From Phoronis australis (Eukaryota > Animalia > Phoronida), in contig NMRA01000131.1 in the NCBI GenBank assembly GCA_002633005.1, forward strand, positions 24,029 to 88,028: DNA of 64,000 nucleotides, written 5' to 3'. Under the pieces are notes generated by a model that saw nothing but the letters and a program-made list of their open reading frames with translations, did no database searches and had not been told where the DNA came from. A program made the translations under genes and the position numbers. How positions within the stretch are numbered: position 1 is the first letter of the stretch; each line of letters begins with the position of its first letter. Of the stretch, positions 24,551 through 35,640 are shown one piece after another.

Positions 24551-25577
24551 TAAAAGATAGATACTGAGATACATACATGAAGCATTAGACATTTGGAAAC
24601 TTTAACATGTAAAATTACAAGTCAAATCTATGCATATATATAAATAGTAAACACTATTTGAATTAACTATTCAGTGATAGATAAGTATCTTGAGTAGCTT
24701 CAGGCAGTCGACGGTAGCAACCCCAGGTGGTCTGCATGTGTAATATTGATGAACTAACCTGATGATGCGGTGAGGGTGTATCTCCATACACAGAGAGCGG
24801 GATTCAGTGCAGCATGACCCTGTTTGCTGCTCATTCAAAATGGGCTTCGTGAATGTAATCGAAAAGGACTCTCAATATTTTCAATAGCAGCACATCATGC
24901 TCTCCATGTCGACTGAGTTGACATATTCTCCAGTTTCTTGACAAGTGATACTTATGATTATGAAGGTGGGCATGCTCATTAAGACCTAATGTCTATTCCT
25001 CTCTTTCAGCTTCTGAACATCCTCTAAATGTTACAAATACATAGAGTAATATGGAACGAAGAGTTGTATCTGGAACGTGATTTTGTGAAAGTGAACTTTT
25101 CCCCCAGGACTCTTCTATGGCTTTAAAAAAAACTGAGTTAATTTTCAATATCGCATTGAGCGTGAATGTTTAATTGCCACAACAGAATCAGTGCCACTAT
25201 TGAGTAGTGGAGATAACCAGCGATTGAATTGAAAACGTCAAAATTTGGAAGGACCAGTTGGCACTGTAATTCTCTTTAGGGTTTTGTGACCCCAACAGAT
25301 ATTCAATGTTCGAAAGGAAACTTGTATAGTATATTTTTTATAAATTAAGTTTTTGCACTTTATACACAGTGAAGGGAATTCAGTTTTAAGTGTTATATTT
25401 TTGCCTGCAGAAGAAAAAAGTTATAACATGAAATGAAACCACCAACTGAAACAAAATACCACAAAACTTGAAATAGAGAACATGAGAGGTGAAGATTCGG
25501 GTTATGAAAGGTTTTCTGTCAAACTTATTTTTAGTAGTTATCAGATAGCACAGAACACACAAAACAGACATTTTTCA

Positions 25578-26335
25578 TTTTTTTATTTTCCCAGTTCCAA
25601 TGAGTAAGTAACAGGGGTCTGGGATTCCCCTGCCTTACTTTACAATTGGTAAGTGAAAAATGACAACACGAATATGCAATGGGATTTTTACAATAACAAA
25701 CAGGAAAAAAAACATAACTTCATTACATAAAGTGTTGCATACATTTCTGAGAACGAATACAAAAACACCCTTTGCATACTATGTTTTACAAAATAGAGCT
25801 GTCAGAGCAAAGCAAAATACAAATTTCATCAGAAACACTTCAATAGTCTAAAATGGTAGCTTTAGCCATTTATATATTTGAAATATATTTTCGAGTTTTT
25901 TAANCAGCCAATTCAAAATTTAATCTTGTGTCTCAGCAAGTTCCATTTATATAAGCAACGTCTCAAGGGTAAACCTCCAAATTTAATTGTATTAACAAAA
26001 GAAATTAACAGTTATTACTCCAGTGAAAAACATATTTATTCAAAAAATTTACAAATGGAAAAATTTACAAACAGGTGGTCACAAATGCATAATTTGATAG
26101 CAATGTAAGGATATTTTATCATTCCAAAATACTCTCCCCCCTCCTTTTTTTTTCAGAGCCATATACTACTATATTGTCTTGTATGTTTTTGTTTTCTTTT
26201 GTTAAATCTATTTCAAAATCCGGTTCACGTATATTTTTAACTTAGTAAACTTTATTTTCATTGAATTGTAAAGTAAGGCAAGGGAATCCCAGACCTTTGT
26301 CCTTACTTATGTTGAACTGGGAGAATAAAAAAAAA
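25578..26335. repeat. About 70-bp inverted repeat pair (25578-25647 and 26263-26335) around an AT-rich spacer
   Basis: ttttattttcccagttc..gtaag..ggtctgggattcccctgccttactttacaatt versus aattgtaaagtaaggcaagggaatcccagacc..cttac..gaactgggagaataaaa. Confidence 0.65.
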
Positions 26336-27310
26336 AAAAAAATATATTTGGGAATCCATAGCTTACTTTGTTGCTAAAACAAGATAGAGTCCTTTACATG
26401 TAGGTTAACAACATATCGTCACCAAACCACTTTTAAAATGACAAATACTTCAAGAATTACCATGGTTCGGTGAAAATATTTTTTTTGTTCCAAAATATTT
26501 CAAAACAATTCTAAAAAAGAAATTGGTGTAACAAATGATTTCAAAAATAGCAAAAACCAGAAACCTAGTTTTTTCAGAGTATTTCGTCATTTATTCAAAA
26601 ATCTTTGAGGTTAACGAATTATTCTTTTTTCCCCAAGTGAGATCAATGTTTTCACAATCTCAAGTTACGCACCATATGATAAAAATGGTCATGTGCATTT
26701 TTAATTAAACAAAATTAAATTGGACAATAAAATTTCAATGAAATTTAAATCAATTTTATTCCTGTCAAATAATATGAGAATTGAGAGGCGTTGTGTTAGT
26801 GACCATCCAAAAAGAGCATACTCGTATTCTAAACGGTTTTGATGTACTGCAGCCTTGAATAAACAATTATTTTAATGCAAAATATAATTTTTTAAAAATG
26901 AAACTGATCACAGCACCACAAGGTAGAAAACATGTAACAAAATTATTTTTGAAGGAAATAGACTGAATCTATCCCCAAAACTGAAGTTAAATTGAATTTT
27001 AAAAATATTCTGTACTGTTATAATGAAAATATTTCACCAGTTTGGGTCGTTTTATGTAATTTAGAGAAGTTTTGACTGATTCTGTTTAATCCATTTGACC
27101 AATCAAATTTGAGTTCATTTTTAACCCTGTAAAGGTCTGCATGGTTCTTGAAAATGACTGAATTTACCTTTTTTGGAAGAGTACACTTGCAGGATTTTTC
27201 CAGGTTAGAAATTGAAAAGGCATTAAATTAAAAAAACTACATTTTCCCATACTTTTATAAAAAACAAATAAAAGTGTACACTTAAGGCAGATGTTTTAGC
27301 AGTTTGACAT

Positions 27311-27470
27311 CAATAGCGGATTTAGAGGGGGGCCAAGAGGGCTACACCCCCCTAGAATTCCCCCAGATTCCACGATTTGGCAGATCGGGAGTGCCAATGT
27401 CTGAATGACAAAATCCTGGCTAATACTCCGCTCTGGTCCCCCTAATACAAAAATCCTGGATCCGCCCCTG
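27311..27470. mobile_element. 160-bp G/C-tract MITE (hAT-like termini)
   Basis: caatagcggatttagagggggg ... cctggatccgcccctg; imperfect TIRs, TSD not preserved. Confidence 0.55.
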
Positions 27471-30308
27471 GATATACATATCATTAAAATCAGTTCAGTA
27501 ACGGCCATTTAGCAAACTGAAAATTTATTCATTTATCCCCTTCTCAAGTGCTGCAGTACTTCGATTTTTAAAAATATTCATGAATGCCCCCATTTGTTGA
27601 AACAAATATCAATATAAAGAAGAAAGTTTAAATATTTCGATGGCATACTTTTCATTTTCCACCACTTTTCATCATGCTAATGTATATGAGCTTCTGAAAA
27701 TCATGAAAAATGGCAAAATTTCGCTCTTGCTGAATTTTGGATCATATTGGTAAACCATGGCTGCATTGTAAACATAGTGACGAATGAGAAACTGCATTGA
27801 GGTCGATCCAAAATTCATACAAAATCACAAAATTCAAAGTAAATTTCATCGAAATGACTGAGAATTCAACTGGTGAAAAGAATTATCCATTTAGCTCAAC
27901 CTTTTCTTTGGGTCTCAAACTCCTCGATTCGTGTGTTGAACTGTGCCAGCAAGCGGGCCGATCAACAACTTGTGAAGTTAATTCCGACACGTTTCGTACC
28001 AATAATCCGACTTGAATGGCTCGCATACGAGATTTAGTTTGCATTAAACACAACAAATTAATTTCAAACTCAAAAATTTGCTTGACGTGCGTGAAATAAA
28101 AACCAAAGTTCACCTTCGTTACTATGCTTAGCCATGAGACCGGAAGTTTTGAATCCTGCTCACGTACTTTTGCGTTAGGCCGCGAGACTTCACGGAGTCG
28201 CGAATCTCTTTACTAATATCTATGATTACACGGTTGTATCTGCCATGCGAGGCTAATATTGTGGTATAATGTTACTTATCCCCATAGTATCGGAAGAATA
28301 GCAGTTACTTTGAAGATCGTTTCTGGAAGTTTGCACATGTCGAACAGATTGTCGGGGCTACGATTTGTGATGACCGTGTACATGTCGAATGGGAGTACTC
28401 AAATTACTCGCTTTCATAAACAAAGATTGCAGCGTTTTTTGGAGTTTGTTTAACTCGTGAACCGTTATAGGTACCTCTGAAATAAGTAAAAATACACCTT
28501 TCTACGAATGGTCCATCTCCCATGTTTTCCCGGTTACCTGTAAAAATCTGCAAGCATGCCTGCGGAAATTGCTTATAACATTCCGTTTTGATAAACAAAT
28601 TCTTTGGTTTCTGCATCTACGAAAATCACCCGATTCATAGAATTTTTTGGTAATTAAAATCTAATCTTGTAAGAATTTATGATGTTTCAGTGAATTCAGT
28701 TGCAGCCTGAAGTTGGAAAAACTCTATAATCCAATCCACAAATAGTAAAGTACACTTAGACGATTTTTGCCTACATCTAAAATAACTCTCGAAGATATTG
28801 ATGAAATTCGGACAACATGATTAGGAGATGACGTACTTGTCGGAAATAAAATTGGTTGGTTTTAAAGGTGTCGCTAGTGAAATAAAGACGTCACGGCTTA
28901 TGCGTAAGACCACATTTCCTCCATTGAAAGTATGATGAGTTGGCGGTCCATGTATCGTCAGTATACCTATCGTCGTCAAGCTGCAATGGTCGTCCGCCAT
29001 CTTCTTTCGCGTGCAGCGTGCTGGTTTGCTCGTTAGGAACTAACATGATGAAAATCGATGCATTTACCGACTGTTTTTTGAAACCACTTGTACATTTTAC
29101 TAATGCGCTTTTTTGTTCATTTTCAGAAGATATTTTCGAAATTAAATTTTCTTCAGACGGAACAAAAAACAACCCAGGGATTGTTTATGTAATGAATCTA
29201 TTTATCCAGGCACTAATCGATACCAAAGGAAAAACGCAGCAGACAAAAGCAACACGCTGGGTGCTTCACAGTTTCGGCCCAAGCATTGGTCATCAAAATA
29301 ATGTCCACTTGTTTTTTATTGCAAAACACAGTGCTGAGCTCAACATTTATGTTGAAATTTTTGGTTCAGGCATTTTCGATTTATTTGAAGAAAATTAAAA
29401 TACTTGAATTGATAGAGAATGGCCACCAATAAAGTAAAACATTGACTTTATTTCATCATATTGCAATGTTACATACAACACAGCATGACATAATTAAAAA
29501 TAAGAGATTGAGCAATAAAGCGCAAATGCAACTTGGGTATTTATGTATTTATTTGTGATTACAGAAGTTTGTTGAAGGTGAGAAAAAAATCAAACAATAT
29601 GATATTGGGTAATTTTTTAGAACACTGTATCGAGGTTCAATGGTCAACTTCCTCCAACCAAGTCTCAAAGGGTTACAGTTCTGTTTTGGCTGGCAAGGTG
29701 TTAACAGAGAATGATGAAAAACTGAAAAGAAAAAGAAAGACAAGAGAGATAAATAGTGTTAAGAAAAACAAGAGCAAAAAGTCAAATAAAGAGGTCACAA
29801 ACAGAAAATAAGTAAGGTCTATCTGAACTAAAACAATCTTGATTTATTTTCCAGAACTGAAATTCTGATCCTATTTTAATTGATTTAAAAATCGATATTA
29901 TACCAGTAAAACAGTCTGTGGTTGAATTAAAATTCTTGTAATCCACTTTCCACTATTTTCTTGGCCTTTTTCTGCGTGGTTTTCTGTTCTTACAAAAGGC
30001 GGCAGCATATGACGACCATAGGGCCCTCTTGGAAAGCAGTGCTATCACTGAAGAGGCCACCCTCATATTAAATATCACAATAATAAATAAATAAATAGAA
30101 GTCATTATAAAAAGGCTGCCGAAAAGCAATGTACAGTTGAAACAATTAAGCATGAATTATAGAAAACTTTTGAATCAACAATTACTATATATTTGTGAGA
30201 GTTAAATCAAATCCTATTCGGAGCATAACTTTGAAGTGGAATAATTCGGTGAGTACAACAACAAACTAGTTTTATGCTTGTAGGCGGACGACCATTGGTT
30301 TCCCGAGT

Positions 30309-32715
30309 TAGCCTTGGTACAAAGCTGTATACTAAACATACAGCTTTGCACCGATGTGGGTAAAAAAGTGGTAAGATTAAAATCTGACGCAAAATTAGTT
30401 TCATTAAAAACTACAGTCTTTTTTGAGTTAACTATTTAACGGTGTTGGAAAAAATGGCGTTCTACCGTTATTCTGCTGCTAAAGTTGTGGAGGGATCTTT
30501 AGCGACGGCTTTCGGCAACATGAAATATTGCGTCTGGCCAGTTTCTTTTTTCGCCGATTCTTCAATCAACTGTTGTTCTTTCACGAGGTTGCGTACACGT
30601 CACAACAAATTATTGGAACTGGTTTCACTTAATTATAAGTTTTTAGAATTTTGATATCGAAGAACCGAATTTCAGAAGAAATTTTGCTGCTGCCAAGCTA
30701 TATCATCATCTCCCGAGAGATGTCGCAAAAATTAAGGAAATGGCGCGTGTGCGTGACACGAGCGTACCGGTACTGTTTTCAAAACGACGACATACTTTTC
30801 ATTGTTAGAAAAGCAGGAGAGTTACGCAAGAAAATGACGTTTATTGCATTGTTTTTCACTTAAACGGCTGTAACGGGCAAGTTGAGTGACGTTTGATTTC
30901 CAGATTTTGCATATACCCTGTTCGGTCTTTAGCTCTACTTGATACAAGCCACGGTGAGGTGACGAGCAGAACTACCGTGATTGTGTGCAATTTCGGGGTC
31001 TACGGAAAAAATACACACAGTGGTACCTAGCTGTATTTTGACGACACTCATCTTACAGCTAGCTGGCTGGCTATTCCCGAGTGTACACTAGTCTGTGGTA
31101 CCAGCGTGTGTTGAGCTCCCGGCAGACATCGAGTTGCACACAGCCCAATTAGTTTCGCTAGTCGTTACCTAGGCAATGACCATCGCCTCTGTTGGCTTGA
31201 ACCAGAGGCGATGCAGCTCCTATAGGCGCTCCATACGCCGGAAGCTTTTCGGCGAATTATGCCTCGCACTGGCTAAAGCATGAAAGTCACGTTGTTATAA
31301 ATAGCCTACCTTTTGCGTATAGAGGGACACCTTAGGAGGTTGGCGGTGTGTTTAATTCCTTCCAACTCGAACAAATACTTCCGTTATCGAACTTTTTGTT
31401 CGAGCACTCACTCGTTCAGTTCCCAAAATCGTGAACTCACCATTTTTATACTGCGCACGCTCCAATTTTTACCGCGCTCGCTAGGTGATGTGACTTCATG
31501 ACCTCAATCTTTAAATAGGCCAAAGGTGGGCCATTGCGGTTTTGTCAGTCAAATGTTCGTTTCCAAAATGCCACCACTTATACTTGTCTTTAATTGGCGT
31601 TACTTGAAACTGATTGTATTTCAATGAATTATTGTTTGTATTTGATAAAAATAAATGCTATTGATATGACATTTAATAGTCTTTATGCACATATTTGACA
31701 TTTTAATGTTTAACAACACGGCAAATGCACGGCTGGTTCCCGATAGCACGTACGCAAAGGGCGGGAACTTCAGCTTTCAAAGTTCGCCGGTAGGACCGCA
31801 ACTTCTGACCTTCGGCCTGGTTAAAAGAATATCTTGGCGTGCGCCGAGTGAAAATGTTGAGTTCACGATTTTGGGAACTGAAATAGGGACTGCTCGAAGG
31901 AAAAGTTTGATAACGGGAGTATTTGTTCGAGTTGGAAGGAATTAAACACATCGACAACCTCCTAAGATGTTCCTCTATGCGCAAAAGGTATTTATAACAA
32001 CGTGAATTTGATGGTTTAGTCGGTGCGAGGCATAATTCGCCGAAAAGCTTCCGGCGTATGGAGCGCCTATAGGAGCTGCATCGCCTCTGGTTCGGGCCAA
32101 CAGAGGCGATGGTCATTGCTTAGACGTTACCTTGCCGTGAAACTTGTAGACTAAAAACTGGCGGGGTGCATGCAAAATCTGGCAGTCAATCAACACTCAC
32201 CTTGCTTGTTATTTATATCCGTTTAGGTGGAAAATAATCTAATAAACGTCATTCTCTTGCGTAATCCTCAGCCTTTTGTAACATTTGAAAACGCTTGTGA
32301 CATGCCCACATGTCGCTTCCTAATTTTTTGCGACAACGGCTTCGCAGCAGCAAAATTTGCTCTAAAATTCGGTTTGCTGGTATCAAAATTCCAAAAACTT
32401 ATAATGAAGTGAAACCACTTCAGGTAATTTCTTGTAACGTGTACGCAACCTCGTGAAAGAACAACACAGAATCGGCATAAAAATAAAACTGGCCAATAGG
32501 TGGCGCAAAAGCCGACACAAAACATCGCACCATAATTTTAGCAGCAGAATAATGGTACAACGCCCATTTTTCCAACACGGGTAAACAATTTAGTTTACTC
32601 AAGGAAGAGTGTAATTTTTAATGACAGCAATTTTGTGTCAGATTTCATATGGTCAATTTTTTACCCATATCGGTGCAAAGCTGAAAATTTAGTATACAGC
32701 TTTGCGCCATGGCTA
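30309..32715. mobile_element. About 2.4-kb foldback element with long inverted arms and TAG...CTA termini (Academ-like non-autonomous element, or two copies in inverted orientation)
   Basis: Left arm 30309-31460 starts tagccttggtacaaagctgtatactaaa; right arm 31840-32715 ends tttagtatacagctttgcgccatggcta. The arms align in reverse complement, for example 31174-31445 with 31850-32118 and 30316-30900 with 32165-32710. Confidence 0.75.
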
Positions 32716-33357
32716 CTTCCAATCAGCAAGGTGATCACTCTCGGCCCAGAAGTGCATTTTGGCATTTGCTTCTCGGATCTAGTTCCCTCCAGCAGATTTC
32801 CTTTCCCCATGGTACGTTCCTCATTCTTTGCAGTAAATTAGTCTACAGCCTGGTTATTCGTGCAGTGAACGTTTGGATGCCGAAAAACTAATTATGAGGA
32901 GATCTGCTGGGTGGAGCTCGCAATGACTGTTATCCCACAAACCTAGAGTGACGGTTCTCGCTCATCCCAGATTCCGGAGAGGAAAAGTCCTTGAGGACGT
33001 GGCCATGAAACCGAGGTTGTATCACCAAAGCTGACGAACGAGCACGGATGGCAGATAAGTGGCGGAGAAATAACAAGATTTGTGAAAAGAACTACCACAA
33101 CCTTATCTACAGCTATCATACATTTAACCGTTTTTTACCCATATTTCAAAGACTTCTTTCTGCATTGCAGGTATAAACCAAAACTTTTTAGTCGAGATCA
33201 ATGCACTCTCTGGTACATACGCTGTAAAGTGGGTTGGTCTATTTTCTCGTTTCCTGAAACTAAACTTTACTAATCATTTTCTTCTTTTCTGTAGACTCGA
33301 AAACTTCAGGGTGAATGGGGGAATGCATGTAGCTGTAATATTGAAAGGACTCGACTA

Positions 33358-33602
33358 CAGCACACATCACGAATTTTTGGCCGACCGGGCGGAAATTGGT
33401 CGACGGCCGGCCGTCGACCGGTCGTCTAGCCGACCAGCAGCCGACCAACAATGGTCGGCTAGGAGCCGTCTACTGAGTCGCCTCTGTGGTCGGCNCCGGT
33501 CGGCTAATTTTTAGCCGACCGGTCGGCAAATTAGCCGACCGGTCGACGGCTAGTCGTCGACCAATTTCCGACCGGGCGGCCAAAAATTCGTGATGTGTGC
33601 TG
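33358..33602. mobile_element. GC-rich palindromic MITE with TA target duplication
   Basis: About 70-bp TIRs: cagcacacatcacgaatttttggccg..cggaaattggtcgacg and cgtcgaccaatttccg..cggccaaaaattcgtgatgtgtgctg. TA at 33356-33357 and 33603-33604. The interior is packed with gccgacc/ggtcggc motifs. Confidence 0.85.
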
Positions 33603-34719
33603 TACGTGCCCTACAATATACTTAAAACGACTCTAATTCATCGTATTACCAATATTTATTATTGAAAGCAATGTGTATTTCCCGTACAGAGACGTGAGCT
33701 CTGCGTAGAGGCCATTAAGCATATGCATCCGATTGGCCTTATACGTTTACAGACGAGTTTAGCTGAGTTGTCACAGCTCGTGACACAAAGAGAGGTTAGT
33801 TTAAAAAGGTTCTTCATATCAGGTAAGACAGGCATATGTGGAACATGAGGGAACATTTATGTCAACTCGGCTGGTTCCATGAAACTAATTATGCAGTTTT
33901 TCACACAAGTTCTGTTGTTGCAGCAACGAGGCAGTGCACGCTGAAGTGATCTTTGTGGACGTCTCGGCTTTGTTTTCATTAAATTACATAACGAGTAATT
34001 TGCCAAAAGATCGAGTGAACGGCCATCAGGAGCAGCAGACGAAATTTCAATTGCACATGAGAGAACTCCTTCACTAACGTTTGAGTTTTGTAACCCAGCG
34101 CCTAAGCGAACGCAAGCCGGACTGTGACTAACCTGTCCTAATCGATTCCCAAATTAATGCTGGTGGCTTAGCCGCGATTCTGAAGAAACCCTGTTCGTTA
34201 ATTTCTCTTATAATGCATCGATTTTAAAAATTCAAAGACGGCTTCTACTTATTTTTCAATTAAAAGAACAGATCGTTTGTCTTACATGTTGTTCTTTTTG
34301 ACTTTGAAACTTGTATGCCAAACAGGAGTGTTGATTTACTACCGCCGCTTACCTCATCCTACACGTTAAGCCATGAATAGCGACTAGCTCATTTCAATCC
34401 GTGACGGCCTCATCAAGCCTTTGATTTGTGGAGGAATTCGCTGGATACTCTCTGGTAAACCCTGCATGCTTTTTCGTCCACTTGCGTGCAAATCCTGCCA
34501 GTGTATTATTTGCAAGCACAGTCTTGCTCCCAACAAAAAAACTCGCTTCATACCTGGGATGATAAGAATAAGGTGATTGAATAAGAACTTCGATCTAAAT
34601 TTTCCAGTGTTTTGTATAGCTCCAAGTAAAACAAAATAATTTCGCCGAAAATATTTGATTTTTAGCTGATCTGCAAAATCGATTAAATAAACGACACTTG
34701 TCCTTATTAAAAATCTTTG

Positions 34720-34960
34720 TTCCGTTCCGTTCGTATCATCGGAACAAAGTTCCACACAAAACAGAACACTGGTGAAGCAACTGACCAAGAGACATGATTA
34801 AAAACACGATATTTCGAAACATACTTGTTTCATTCTCAAGTGGAAATAAAATGACGCAGTAATTCCACCACAGAACATACGCTGAAGACAGACATGGCGG
34901 AACACAGCAGGTGTGAAATACTGCAAGGAACTTGTGACAAATGAAGGAGGGTAACAGGAA
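34720..34960 (+). repeat. Second copy of the 24335-24550 dispersed repeat
   Basis: Direct sequence similarity to 24335-24550. Confidence 0.75.
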
Positions 34961-35300
34961 AGTCACGCAAACAAGTGTAACGTGCGGCGCGACCGTTTGC
35001 AGCTCATTCAAAACGGGCTCCTCAAATGCAATCAAAAAAGCCTTCAATACTTTCACTCGCAGCACGTGCTCTACGTAGCTGATCGAAAAGGCGGCAGATT
35101 AGAAATAGTTTCTAACCATAAAGAGAGGTCTTCATAAAATTTGAGATGTGCAAAAATACCGAGTAACATGTAACGTTTATGGACCCGTATGTCTTATAAC
35201 AGATTATGCTGTGCGGGTGCCATAATTAGGAATATCATGAGCAGCTGCCTACAATCACTCCCTTGATTTCTACGGTGACAGAATATGCATGGTACAGTAG

Positions 35301-35414
35301 TATCGTTGGCCAAATGGGAGAACGTTACGCACATAAATTACGTGCGTAAGTTAATTCTTGTTAGAGGCGTAAAGTAATTTACGTGCGTAGCGTTCTGCCA
35401 TTTGGCCGACGATA
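35301..35414. mobile_element. 114-bp MITE-like inverted repeat just upstream of the rolling stone-like exon
   Basis: tatcgttggccaaatgggagaacgttacgcacataaattac pairs with gtaatttacgtgcgtagcgttctgccatttggccgacgata. Confidence 0.75.
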
Positions 35415-35640
35415 TGGCAGTTATTCTCATGTTGATTAATCGGGCAATCTATGGTTTTATTGATGTGTTTAGTTACTTTTTGTTGCACATTAAGCGGCCC
35501 CATTGAATGGAGTATATATTCTAGAGTAAGGCATGTCAGCAGTTACCACTGTTCTTTTGCAATTGGACCGAAACAATTAACTGGTTTTGTGCGTTGGTTT
35601 CTTACAGGACGCCAAGATATTGAAATGGTGTACTCGGAGC

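Noticed and set aside
28940-29811. 152-aa ORF and Lys-rich 92-aa ORF with AG/GT-like borders
   Set aside because: These could be decayed exons of a transposon gene, but I cannot recognise any domain, and the composition is explained by A-richness.
31703-32116. 137-aa ORF and similar ORFs at 40929-41526 and 46760-47420
   Set aside because: They lie in non-coding repeat arms, and the frames are not preserved between copies.
35587-35640. ORF-track start of the 584-aa protein
   Set aside because: The start codon is TTG and it lies upstream of a splice acceptor at 35607. The first ATG is 35641.
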